In this document: positions 6,570-16,158 of the stretch, piece by piece
Numbering within the stretch: position 1 is the stretch's first letter
Layout of the letters: every line of letters starts with the position of its first letter
Source of the DNA: a virus
Strand: one strand, 5' to 3'
Virus record (IMG/VR): IMGVR_UViG_3300003663_000013
DNA: 64,000 nt
The notes under the pieces: generated by a model
Told to the model about the DNA's origin: nothing
The model's input: the letters and a program-made list of their open reading frames with translations, nothing else
Database searches by the model: none
Made by a program: the position numbers and the translations under genes

Positions 6570-7151
6570 ATGAAGATATTTAAACCACATAAAGGAATTT
6601 GTATTGATTGTGATCAAGAAAAATGGATAGTAAATAGTAAAGGTCAGTGTGAAGAATGTAGATATAAGCAGAATCATGATGGAAAAACTAAATTAGAAGT
6701 ACAAATAGAGAAAGAAAAGAGTAAACCTAAGAAAACCTACCAGTTAAAAAGAACACCGTTAAAAAGGTCTAAAAAGACATTTAAACGAAGTTTTATAAAA
6801 CAAAGTAAAGAATCAAAAGAAAAAAGAGACGAAGTACTAAAAAAAGATAGAGAAACTTACTTGGAAGTATTTAATACAACCCCTAATGAATGTGAAGAAT
6901 GCAGATTAAATGGAATACATACTCCCTTACCAGATCAATTCGAAGATGAAGAAGGGAATATTATTGGTGTGTGGCAGTATTCACATATATTGGCTAAATC
7001 AAGTTTTCCTGAATATAGACATAAAGTAAAAAATTTTAATCGTTTGTGCAGGGAACATCACGATATATATGAATTCGGAGACAGAGAAAGTATGAAAATA
7101 TATAAACCAAATCAAATAATAATACAAAAACTAAAAAATGGAGAATTATGA
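6570..7151 (+). CDS. Zn-ribbon / HNH-like nuclease-fold protein
   Basis: Carries CxxC...CxxC pairs and a C-terminal HIL...N...LCREHH motif. The exact family is uncertain. Confidence 0.4.
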   Translation: MKIFKPHKGICIDCDQEKWIVNSKGQCEECRYKQNHDGKTKLEVQIEKEKSKPKKTYQLKRTPLKRSKKTFKRSFIKQSKESKEKRDEVLKKDRETYLEVFNTTPNECEECRLNGIHTPLPDQFEDEEGNIIGVWQYSHILAKSSFPEYRHKVKNFNRLCREHHDIYEFGDRESMKIYKPNQIIIQKLKNGEL

Positions 7152-7433
7152 AAGCAACATTAGAAAGTAGAATAGAGCAATTAGAAGAAAGAGTATTGGA
7201 ATTAGAAAATAAAAAATCAATTAAACCATTAGTTGTTATTAAGGTTCCTATTAATTTATCAATTAAAGAAGTCTAATACAATACTGATATTTTAAAAAAA
7301 GAAATGACAGATTATCACATACTTGTAGTTCAAGATAATGTTGATTATCCAAAATTTGAAGTATTTTGTGAAGACAACTTGAATAAATTAAATAAAGAAG
7401 AATTCGATAATTTATTAAAAAACAACCTTAAAA

Positions 7434-7970
7434 ATGAAAAATAGAGAAATTAAATTTAAAGCATTCATCCCAGAATTAAATATAATCTTAGACGATGTTA
7501 CTATATATGGTAATGGTCAAATGGGAATAGGAGTAGATGAATTAGAAGAAAGTCTTCCTAAAGGATATCAATTATATGAAGATATTATTTATTTTATTGA
7601 TGAAGAAAAAGATATATTTGATAGAGTAATGAGTATACTTCCAGGAGAAGATTGGGTTTGGTTTGAAGAAAATCAATTCACACCTTTACAATACACAGGA
7701 AAGAAATCAATAAAAGGGAATGAATTATATGAAAACGATATTGTGTTTGAAGAAATTCCTACAGAGTATGGAGATAGAAGAATATTTTTTATTGTAAAAT
7801 GGATTGAAGAATTAGCAGTATTTACATTTCTTCACTATCACGAGTTTATGGAATATGAAGATAATGGAATTAAAGCATTAGATGATTGTGAGTATTATGA
7901 CTTAAGTGGTTCAGAAAAAATGCATTATAAAGGCAATTATTTATTGAATCCAGATATTTTTGAAATTTAA
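7434..7970 (+). CDS. YopX-family protein
   Basis: The N-terminal REIKFKAF motif is typical of YopX. Paralogue of 55582..56025. Confidence 0.5.
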   Translation: MKNREIKFKAFIPELNIILDDVTIYGNGQMGIGVDELEESLPKGYQLYEDIIYFIDEEKDIFDRVMSILPGEDWVWFEENQFTPLQYTGKKSIKGNELYENDIVFEEIPTEYGDRRIFFIVKWIEELAVFTFLHYHEFMEYEDNGIKALDDCEYYDLSGSEKMHYKGNYLLNPDIFEI

Positions 7971-8033
7971 CAGTAATATATTTTTAATATTAATATATAT
8001 TTTATATTTTTAATCAGATACAAATTTAGATAC

Positions 8034-8579
8034 ATGAATAAATACGAAATAATTTATGCAGACCCACCTTGGAGTTATAATGAAAAGACTGATTGTGGTG
8101 GTAAAATAGGAGAATATAATTCTCACGTTTCTGACAATTACAATATAATGTCTTTTAATGATATATATAATTTACCCATTAAAGATATAAGTGATGACAA
8201 TTGTTTGTTGTTTTTATGGGTTACTTCTCCAAATTTAAAAGAAGGGATTAAGACAGGAGAGTCTTGGGGATTTAAATATAAAACAGTTGCATTTGTATGG
8301 CATAAAGTATTGTTATTACCTGGGAATTACACTATGCCTTCTGTAGAACTATGTCTTATTTTTAAAAAAGGTAAAATTCCTACTCCAAGAGGTCTGAGGA
8401 ATGTTAGGCAGTTTTTAGAAGAAAAAAGAACGAGGCACAGTAAAAAGCCTGATGAGATAAGGAATCGAATTAAACAAATGTTCCCACATCAAAATAAAAT
8501 TGAATTATTTGCTCGTGAGAAATATGATGGATGGGATGCATGGGGAAATGAAGTTAAAAGCGATATTAATTTATTTTAA
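8034..8579 (+). CDS. MT-A70-family N6-adenine DNA methyltransferase
   Basis: IIYADPPWSY catalytic DPPW motif near the N-terminus, with a size typical of phage MT-A70 enzymes. Confidence 0.75.
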   Translation: MNKYEIIYADPPWSYNEKTDCGGKIGEYNSHVSDNYNIMSFNDIYNLPIKDISDDNCLLFLWVTSPNLKEGIKTGESWGFKYKTVAFVWHKVLLLPGNYTMPSVELCLIFKKGKIPTPRGLRNVRQFLEEKRTRHSKKPDEIRNRIKQMFPHQNKIELFAREKYDGWDAWGNEVKSDINLF

Positions 8580-8586
8580 TTTATAT

Positions 8587-9093
8587 ATGAATAAATACTT
8601 AAAGAGTGCATTAGAAAGGTATAAATCAAAAGAAGAATTTAAGATTCATCCTATAAGTAAAGTTGATGCAGAAATAGTATGGGAATTAATGATAGCATTA
8701 GGTAAATTAGGTATAAATGATTTAAAAGATATATTAGATAATTACAAATATTGGAAAGATTCAGAAGTAAGAGATTTACTACTACAATGGAATATAGATC
8801 ATCCAGAAGGATTAATAGAAGAAACAACAGGAGGAAGTGAAAAGAAGAAGATAAGAAAATTCATGAAATTTGATGAGAATTTAGCAGACGTATGGATAAT
8901 AAAAACAGTAGATATACAAGACAGATATAATCACGTAAAGAATGAAATGGAGTATAATATAATACTAAACAAAGATTTTGCAGAGGGATTCCCAACAAAG
9001 AAATACACATATAAAACACCAGAGGTAAGAAAAGAGAAGTTAGACATACTTGAGTCTATTCTCAGTGATGACATAGAAATAATCGGTAAGTAA
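8587..9093 (+). CDS. hypothetical protein
   Basis: The in-frame ATG at 8587 just after the previous stop is more plausible than the track start at 8500. Confidence 0.5.
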   Translation: MNKYLKSALERYKSKEEFKIHPISKVDAEIVWELMIALGKLGINDLKDILDNYKYWKDSEVRDLLLQWNIDHPEGLIEETTGGSEKKKIRKFMKFDENLADVWIIKTVDIQDRYNHVKNEMEYNIILNKDFAEGFPTKKYTYKTPEVRKEKLDILESILSDDIEIIGK

Positions 9094-9110
9094 ATTTCAA
9101 AAAAGAAATA

Positions 9111-9332
9111 ATGACAAATACTGTAGTCCAAGATAACTTGACTATGACAGGTATTTTGCAATGGTTAACTGAAAAACATAAGGTTAAAAAATCAGGAGAA
9201 CCATTTTATCTATCAGATATACAAGGATATATAAAGAGAGAACAAATACCTGAATATTTAGGTGGTTATAAAATAATAAAAAAAGAAGAAAAATATAGTA
9301 AACTATATAAATTGGTAGAGAACAATGGCTAA
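9111..9332 (+). CDS. hypothetical protein
   Basis: 73-aa ORF, tightly packed with its neighbours. Confidence 0.45.
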   Translation: MTNTVVQDNLTMTGILQWLTEKHKVKKSGEPFYLSDIQGYIKREQIPEYLGGYKIIKKEEKYSKLYKLVENNG

Positions 9333-9963
9333 ATATAATAACAGATTTATAGCTTTAGATTGTGAAACTGGGGGATTACCTAAAAGTGGTAAAATGGCAA
9401 CAGTTGATATTTCTTTGACGGAAGTAGCTCTTGTTACAATCGAAAATGAAAAATTAGAGATAATATCACAAGACAGTTGGTTAATAGCTCCCTATGATGA
9501 TAATTTAATATATGATAAAGGGGCAGAGAGGGTTTCTGGTATAAGTAAAGAAATGTGTAAAAAAGAAGGATTGCCAATTGAAGAAGTATATCAAAATATA
9601 TTAGGAGTATTAAAAGACAACAAATTAGGAAAGAACAAACCTATCTTAATAATGCAAAATAAGTCTTTTGATACTCCTTTTATTGAAAACTTATTTCAAA
9701 TATTTGGAGATGATTTATGGAAACACATAGAAAGGGTGGAAGATACTTTGCATTGGGCTAGATACCGATGGATAGAAAAACCAAAATTTAACTTAGGTTC
9801 TATAGCAGAATATTGTGAATTAGATTTAGTCCAAGCACACAGGGCATTACAAGATACACTTATAACTGCAAAAATATGGATTAACTTCATGAAAAGCCTT
9901 AGAGGAGAAAATCAATTAACACAAAAAGAAGAAGTAAAATTTAGAGAAAAATTTAAATTTTAA
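9325..9963 (+). CDS. DnaQ-like DEDDh 3'-5' exonuclease
   Basis: ExoI motif ALDCETGGL and ExoIII motif HRALQDTLITAKIW. Confidence 0.75.
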   Translation: MAKYNNRFIALDCETGGLPKSGKMATVDISLTEVALVTIENEKLEIISQDSWLIAPYDDNLIYDKGAERVSGISKEMCKKEGLPIEEVYQNILGVLKDNKLGKNKPILIMQNKSFDTPFIENLFQIFGDDLWKHIERVEDTLHWARYRWIEKPKFNLGSIAEYCELDLVQAHRALQDTLITAKIWINFMKSLRGENQLTQKEEVKFREKFKF

Positions 9964-12900
9964 TGATCGAAAAACTTGACAAAGGTGGTTCACCTCACAC
10001 TATAGAACAATTAAACTGGGTATACGAACAATTTGAGAATGTCATAGATATGTTAGACGATAAAAGCCTAAAAGAAATATCCAGTGGTTCTCAATTTGAT
10101 GTAGATAGCTTAGTTCAAATAATAGAAGAGGAGACACTTAATATATTTACAGGCATACCAGAACCAATAAATGCAAGTAAGTTCTACAATCTAACCAACG
10201 TAACAGCCAATATACATGAAACACTTAAAGTATTAAATTACAATTACTTTAAGTTAACGATGATGCCAGGGTTCTATATCTCACCACTTAGTATTGAGTG
10301 GGGGAATATAATACAGATATATGATAGGACTTGTGTGCTGGCTTCCAGGGGTTTAGGTAAGAGTTTTGAATATTCCCTCGCTTTGCCTATCTGGAAAATG
10401 TATGGTTATAGAAGACCTTCTGAATTCAATCCAGTATCTTTAGATATAGCACGTAGAAGAGAGGGGCTGCTTGTAACAAATAAATATAAATTAGGACAGA
10501 AATTATTAGGTAAGATTGCTACAGAAATTAAAGAGAATGATGCACTTCACGAGAGATTAAAGCCAGAAAGAAAAGACGAAGGAACATTAGGTAGAGAGAG
10601 AATAGAAACAAAAAATGGTTGTGAATTAAACTTACGTTCTGCTGATTCAACAGCAAGGGGATTACACCCAGATTGGATAATAATAGATGATTATGGAGAT
10701 AATAACTGGATTTATAGTCAAGAACAAAGAGATAAAGCAATAGAAACTTTTTATGGTGATATAATGAAAACAATTGAGAGAGGTGGAACTATCAATATAG
10801 TCGGTTGTGTCTCAATGGACTCAACTATTATAACAAGAGATGGATTAAGAAAAATAGGCAATTTGTGTCCTGTAGAAAATTATAAAGAAAAAGGTTTATA
10901 TGAATATGAGATAGAAGTATTAGGTAAGAATGGGTGGAATAAGACGAGTCATTATTGGTGTAATGGATTAACTAAAACTAAAAAAATAACATTAAAGGGT
11001 GGTTATGAATTAGAGTGTAGTTTAATTCATCCTTTATGGAAAATGAATGAAAATGGGTGTCCTGACTGGTGCGAATCTAAAAATTTGAAAGTTGGGGATT
11101 GGATTGCTGTAAAAGATGGATATGATTTTGATGGAGAAAAAATAGATTTAACTGAATTTTATAGTAACTATAATGTAACATATAAGCATAAAAACATAAA
11201 AATACATAATTCTGTAGATAGAGATTTAGCTTATTTATTAGGATTATATGTTGCTGATGGAAGTTTTGAAGATACAGGTAGAATTACTATAGCTAAGTCA
11301 ATAGAAGGCATTAGAAAGTTTTTGTTAGAATATGGTTTTGTGAAAGGACAAGATATCAAATTAAGATATAATAGTAAATATTTGATTGATTTAATGCAAT
11401 ATTTGGGATTTACTAAAGCAACTGCAATAAGTAAACACATACCAGAAAAAATATTTAAAGCAGATAAAGAAACATTGAAATGGTTTTTACAAGGGATGTT
11501 TGATGGTGATGGCGGTTGTTATGTAGACAAAGATAGTTCTATTCAAATAAATTATAGTAGTATAAGTAAACAATTAATATATGATTTACATAACATATTA
11601 ATGGCATTTGGCATATTTTCATCTATTAAAGAAAGACCTCCTGGAATTTCTGAAAGAGTAAGAGGGAAACATAATCTTTATAGAATAAATATTGCAGGAT
11701 ATGATTCTAGATTATTTTTGGAAAAAATAGGATTTAGGTTTAGTGGTAAATCAGATAAGGTTACAGAAGATTTATTGTCTTCTATAAGGAGTAAAAATTC
11801 ATCTTATAGAAGAATCCCACATCAAAAGGATTTAATTAAAAAAGTAAGAAAAGAAAAACCAAGAAGAAAAAGTGGTGAAGTAAGCACACTACCACCATTT
11901 CATTCTCAAGAAGTAGTAAGTCCTAATATCTCTAGAGAGTCATTAAAAATAGTATCAGATTGGTTTGTAGAAAATGGGGCTAAAGGTGAATTTACAGATC
12001 AGTTAGTTAAAAATGGTAATGAAAATTTAGTATATTTACCTATAACAAAAATAGAAGATTCAGAAAATTACACAGTTGATTTTCATATTCCAAATAAACA
12101 TAATTTTATTACAAATGGTATTGTAAGTCATAATACGCCATTCCAAGAATCTGATTTGTACGCATATATACGTGAAAACGATAAGACATTTAAGTACTTT
12201 GAATACCCTGCTGTAATGCCAGATGGAACCATTGTTGCTCCACATAGGTGGAATATGGAAGAATTAGAGAAAGAATACGAAACCAATGGTCCATTAATTT
12301 TTTCACGTGAGATTTTAGTTGTTCCTATAAGCGATGGAAGTACAATTTTCCCTTGGGATATATTAGAGAAGTCTTTTATAGGGATGCAAGATTATAGATT
12401 AGTTACTAATAGAGATAGTTTTCCTATCAAGTTCAAATTCGTCAGTGTAGGTTGCGATTTCGCAATTTCAGGAAATATAGAAAACGCAGATGCTACTGTA
12501 TTTAGCGTTTGGGGCGTGGATGATTATGAAAATTATTGGCTATTACATATTTGGAGAAAGCAAGGAGCAAGTCACAATGAACAAATAGGCAAATTAAAAG
12601 AAATTGAGAGAAATTTTAGACCTGACGAAATAGTTGCAGAATCTAATGGTTTTCAGAAAGTTATGTTGAGTATAGGTAGAGAACATGGTATTAAAAATAT
12701 AACAGATTTTAATACTACTGGTTGGAATAAGAAAGATTTATATGAAGGTTTGCCTAGTTTAGCTATATTATTTCATCAAGGTAGAATGCGTATGCCACGT
12801 GGAGATGTTCAGAGTAAAGAAATGACAGACTGGTTATGTAGTGAATTTAATAGTATCACAATTAAGCCTGATAGTGGTAAGTTGGAGAGTGCTGGACAGC

Positions 12901-12986
12901 ACGATGACGGTCCAATGAGTGCGTGGTTAGGAATAAAATGTATAAGTGCAAGTAAAGATAAAGATGTTAATTTTGTAATGATGTAA
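9963..12986 (+). CDS. terL: terminase large subunit, interrupted by an intein
   Basis: Walker A-like ASRGLGKS, Walker B DWIIIDDYGD and a C-terminal nuclease-type region. The exteins join as INIVG|TPFQESD. Confidence 0.8.
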   Translation: MIEKLDKGGSPHTIEQLNWVYEQFENVIDMLDDKSLKEISSGSQFDVDSLVQIIEEETLNIFTGIPEPINASKFYNLTNVTANIHETLKVLNYNYFKLTMMPGFYISPLSIEWGNIIQIYDRTCVLASRGLGKSFEYSLALPIWKMYGYRRPSEFNPVSLDIARRREGLLVTNKYKLGQKLLGKIATEIKENDALHERLKPERKDEGTLGRERIETKNGCELNLRSADSTARGLHPDWIIIDDYGDNNWIYSQEQRDKAIETFYGDIMKTIERGGTINIVGCVSMDSTIITRDGLRKIGNLCPVENYKEKGLYEYEIEVLGKNGWNKTSHYWCNGLTKTKKITLKGGYELECSLIHPLWKMNENGCPDWCESKNLKVGDWIAVKDGYDFDGEKIDLTEFYSNYNVTYKHKNIKIHNSVDRDLAYLLGLYVADGSFEDTGRITIAKSIEGIRKFLLEYGFVKGQDIKLRYNSKYLIDLMQYLGFTKATAISKHIPEKIFKADKETLKWFLQGMFDGDGGCYVDKDSSIQINYSSISKQLIYDLHNILMAFGIFSSIKERPPGISERVRGKHNLYRINIAGYDSRLFLEKIGFRFSGKSDKVTEDLLSSIRSKNSSYRRIPHQKDLIKKVRKEKPRRKSGEVSTLPPFHSQEVVSPNISRESLKIVSDWFVENGAKGEFTDQLVKNGNENLVYLPITKIEDSENYTVDFHIPNKHNFITNGIVSHNTPFQESDLYAYIRENDKTFKYFEYPAVMPDGTIVAPHRWNMEELEKEYETNGPLIFSREILVVPISDGSTIFPWDILEKSFIGMQDYRLVTNRDSFPIKFKFVSVGCDFAISGNIENADATVFSVWGVDDYENYWLLHIWRKQGASHNEQIGKLKEIERNFRPDEIVAESNGFQKVMLSIGREHGIKNITDFNTTGWNKKDLYEGLPSLAILFHQGRMRMPRGDVQSKEMTDWLCSEFNSITIKPDSGKLESAGQHDDGPMSAWLGIKCISASKDKDVNFVMM
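10806..12134 (+). mobile_element. intein with LAGLIDADG homing-endonuclease domain (443 aa) in TerL
   Basis: Starts with Cys (CVSMDS) and ends VSHN, followed by Thr +1. Contains LAGLIDADG blocks LAYLLGLYVADGSF and LKWFLQGMFDGDGG. Confidence 0.85.
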
Positions 12987-12999
12987 AATCGGTAAATAT

Positions 13000-14382
13000 A
13001 TGAGTAAAATAAGCTTAGAATTTTTACGAGAACTTTTCCTTCTTTGTTTCTACAAAAAAGACGTAGTTGAAGTAGTGAGTCAACATTTAAAATATCAATT
13101 TATACCAGACGAATACAATCAATATAAAAAGATATTAAGGAGTATAGTGACTATATACAAGAATGAAGACAAACTTCCCACCTTTGGAATAGTGAGCCAA
13201 CAGCATCAACAAGACTTAAAAGTTCAAGAAACAGTAACAAAAATAAAAGAAACGAAGTTTCCTGATAAGGAAATAATTTTAAATGAATTAGAATCGTTTT
13301 TAAAAAGAAGTCAATTTCTATCTTTAAACAATAAACTTGCTACTTTATATGAACAAGGAAAAGAAGAAGATGCAATATTACTACAAGCAAAAGAGAGTGA
13401 ACAAATAGTAAACTTCTCTATTAAACAAGCAGGATTATATTATAGTAGAGTATTTCAGGACTTCGATAAGCGTATGGAACAGCGTTTAGTAAAACAAGAA
13501 TCAGGAGAGTATAAAAAAGATAAAGTTCCATTTGGTATAGAACCATTGGATATAATTACACACGGTGGAATAGATGTTACAGACACAGTATTGTGGATAT
13601 TACGTTCAGGCGTAGGTAAGTCAACAGCTTTAAAATGGGTTGGTGTTAATGCAGCACGTAAACATAGAAATGTACTACATATTCAATTAGAGGGTTCTCA
13701 AGAAGAATGTGAAATAAAGTATGATCAAGTATGGACTGCAACCTATTATAATGATATAAGATATGGCAATATAGATGATAAGAAATATGATAAACTACAA
13801 CAGATAGTTAATTATATGAAGTCTCACAATAATGATATATTCATACATGCATTTGAACAATTCAATACAGCAAGTATGGTAGATGTGAGAAATTTATTTG
13901 CTGATATAGAAAAGAAACAAGGACACATAGATTTAGTTATTATTGACTATTTAAAGTATTTAGATCCTGGAGATGGATTAAAGTATGGAGTAGATACTCA
14001 AAGTGTTAAAATGAGGAAAGAAAATACTTCAGATAGAATAAAGAATATGGCTAAAGAATTTGGAACACGTATAATGATAGCAGACCAAGCCAGCGATGTT
14101 CCTATTGATATTTGGAATGATCCTAATAAAGTTTTAACAAGACATAATATTGCAGGAGCTAAAAACTTACTGGATTCATATAGTTACGGATTTACAGGTA
14201 ATCAAACCATAGATGAACAAAAGGCTAATTTAATGCGTATTCACATTGAAAAATTTAGAAACTACAAACTCCCTAACAAACCTATTAAAATAGCAACAAA
14301 CTATGATTTAGGTAGGTTCTATGATCATTCAAGAACTAAGAAATTGTATTATAATAATGAAGAAGGTAAATACATATTTTAA
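13000..14382 (+). CDS. DnaB-like replicative helicase (RecA-fold ATPase)
   Basis: Walker A LRSGVGKST and Walker B LVIIDYL. Sits next to the primase gene. Confidence 0.6.
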   Translation: MSKISLEFLRELFLLCFYKKDVVEVVSQHLKYQFIPDEYNQYKKILRSIVTIYKNEDKLPTFGIVSQQHQQDLKVQETVTKIKETKFPDKEIILNELESFLKRSQFLSLNNKLATLYEQGKEEDAILLQAKESEQIVNFSIKQAGLYYSRVFQDFDKRMEQRLVKQESGEYKKDKVPFGIEPLDIITHGGIDVTDTVLWILRSGVGKSTALKWVGVNAARKHRNVLHIQLEGSQEECEIKYDQVWTATYYNDIRYGNIDDKKYDKLQQIVNYMKSHNNDIFIHAFEQFNTASMVDVRNLFADIEKKQGHIDLVIIDYLKYLDPGDGLKYGVDTQSVKMRKENTSDRIKNMAKEFGTRIMIADQASDVPIDIWNDPNKVLTRHNIAGAKNLLDSYSYGFTGNQTIDEQKANLMRIHIEKFRNYKLPNKPIKIATNYDLGRFYDHSRTKKLYYNNEEGKYIF

Positions 14383-14384
14383 TT

Positions 14385-14549
14385 ATGAAGAGAGCGTATT
14401 ATAGAAGTATTCCTTGTTATTTTAATCCTTTAACAAATGAAATTATGGGCAGAAACTGGTTTTGGGATATATTAATTGATGTAAATCTATGGATAGATGT
14501 AGATTTATTAGGATTAGAAGATTTAACTATTTGGATAGAAGAAGATTAA
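14385..14549 (+). CDS. small hypothetical protein
   Basis: 54-aa ORF (translated by eye) that fills the gap between helicase and primase. Confidence 0.3.
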   Translation: MKRAYYRSIPCYFNPLTNEIMGRNWFWDILIDVNLWIDVDLLGLEDLTIWIEED

Positions 14550-14573
14550 AAAGTTTTACTATATTTATAGTTT

Positions 14574-15596
14574 ATGAGTTTTGATAAGCAAAAAATAATA
14601 GATTATTTCAGTTTAAAACCATTTGGGACTCAAGGATGGTATAGATCAGATAAACTAGTTTGTCCTAATTGTGGACAAAATGATGAGTTTGGCATAAAAT
14701 TCACAGACAATGGTGGAGTAATGCATTGCTTACACTCAAGAACTTGTAATAGATATAAAACATCACTCTATAATTATCTTAGAATACATGATTTAACTCA
14801 TTTAGTAGAATTTGAACAATCTATAAGTTTTAATGCTTTTCCTGAACTAAACATAAAAAAAGAAGAAGAAACAATTGAAGAACTCCCTATTAAGAAATTA
14901 CCTATTGGATTTAAAAGAATAGAGAGAGATGAATATTTAGACAATAGAAGTTTTCTTCCACAACATTATGAATTATTTAAGGTGGGTGTTACTAAATTAG
15001 ATTCAAGATATAGAGATCACCTAATCTTTCAAATATTGAATAATAATAATGAATGTATTGCATGGTTAGCAAGAAGTAGAAAAAGTAAGGAGTGGCATAA
15101 AGAAAATATAGAAAAAGCAAAAGAAGGTAAAACACATTTAGTGTTAAGGTATGACAATAGTCCTAATACTGATTTTAGTAAGATTTTAGGTGGATATAAT
15201 GAAGTAACAGAAGGTACTGATACAATTATATTAGTAGAAGGTTTATTCGATAAAACAGGTGTAGATTGTAAATTAAACCTGTTAGAGGGTGAAGAGATAA
15301 AATGTTTATTTACATTTGGTAAGAAAATAAGTGAAGAACAAATAGAGTTAATTAACAGACTTCCTAATGTAAAAAACATCTATTTATTATATGACAATGG
15401 TTCTAATGAAGAAAGTAAAAGATATGGTATGCAATTAGAATCAAACACAAATAAAAAAGTAAGAGTATGTGAAATAAAAATAAAAGATAAGGATCCAGAC
15501 GATTTATCTTTTGAAGAATTAGAAAATACACTATTAGAATCGGTAGATAGTTTTAGTTTTAATTTAAGTAAATTTAATGGAATCAAACAAGCGTAA
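14574..15596 (+). CDS. DNA primase (Zn-finger + TOPRIM)
   Basis: CPNCG...H..H..C zinc finger. TOPRIM motifs ILVEGLFD, YLLYDNG and DPDD. Confidence 0.7.
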   Translation: MSFDKQKIIDYFSLKPFGTQGWYRSDKLVCPNCGQNDEFGIKFTDNGGVMHCLHSRTCNRYKTSLYNYLRIHDLTHLVEFEQSISFNAFPELNIKKEEETIEELPIKKLPIGFKRIERDEYLDNRSFLPQHYELFKVGVTKLDSRYRDHLIFQILNNNNECIAWLARSRKSKEWHKENIEKAKEGKTHLVLRYDNSPNTDFSKILGGYNEVTEGTDTIILVEGLFDKTGVDCKLNLLEGEEIKCLFTFGKKISEEQIELINRLPNVKNIYLLYDNGSNEESKRYGMQLESNTNKKVRVCEIKIKDKDPDDLSFEELENTLLESVDSFSFNLSKFNGIKQA

Positions 15597-16074
15597 AAGC
15601 AGAGATCAAAAGTTCTTTGAGTTTTTCATAACTCTACAAAAAGAGTACATTGTAGCTGAAATTCGTAAAAAGATTTATCCAGATGCAAGTGGCAAGGAAA
15701 AGAGTGAAGAAATAATGAGAGGTAAGAAAAAGAAGATTTTTGATATTGCAATGAAAAACTCTTTAAAAACCATTTTCCCAGACATGCAATTAGGTGGAAT
15801 GTCTTTGTATGATGAAGATTTAAGAATACAATTATATGGAGAAGTATATTGTGAATTCGGGATGCCGAATTTTATATATCGAGATTCAGTACAAAAACAA
15901 AGATTAGGGTGGAAAGATAAGAAGTGTTATTATTATTTAGATAATGATTTTAAGACTCGTGACGGACATATTGGAGTTTTAAAGAGTGTAGACTTTGATA
16001 AAGAGACTTGTGTATTGAGTATTGATGGAAGCCTTGAAGAATACAGCTTTGACGATGTAAGTCGAATATTATAG
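15577..16074 (+). CDS. hypothetical protein
   Basis: 165-aa ORF that overlaps the primase gene end. Confidence 0.5.
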   Translation: MESNKRKSRDQKFFEFFITLQKEYIVAEIRKKIYPDASGKEKSEEIMRGKKKKIFDIAMKNSLKTIFPDMQLGGMSLYDEDLRIQLYGEVYCEFGMPNFIYRDSVQKQRLGWKDKKCYYYLDNDFKTRDGHIGVLKSVDFDKETCVLSIDGSLEEYSFDDVSRIL

Positions 16075-16094
16075 TAAAAATTTTTTGAATTTTA

Positions 16095-16126
16095 TTTGTA
16101 ATTAAATATATTTTATATATTTTTAT
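16095..16126 (+). promoter_or_regulatory. Bacteroidetes-type promoter, 32 nt identical to 59307-59338
   Basis: The sequence TTTGTAATTAAATATATTTTATATATTTTTAT occurs identically at 59307. Confidence 0.5.
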
Positions 16127-16158
16127 AAATTGAAATTGTAAACTAAAATCGGTATAAT

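Noticed and set aside
8500-8586. Upstream alternative starts given by the ORF track. Cases are 8500, 2286, 2718, 35727, 44791, 46068, 50711, 55950, 58360, 58613, 59737 and 60488.
   Set aside because: They overlap the preceding gene or use TTG/GTG where an in-frame ATG sits right after the upstream stop. The shorter ATG-initiated versions were annotated instead. These choices are unverified.
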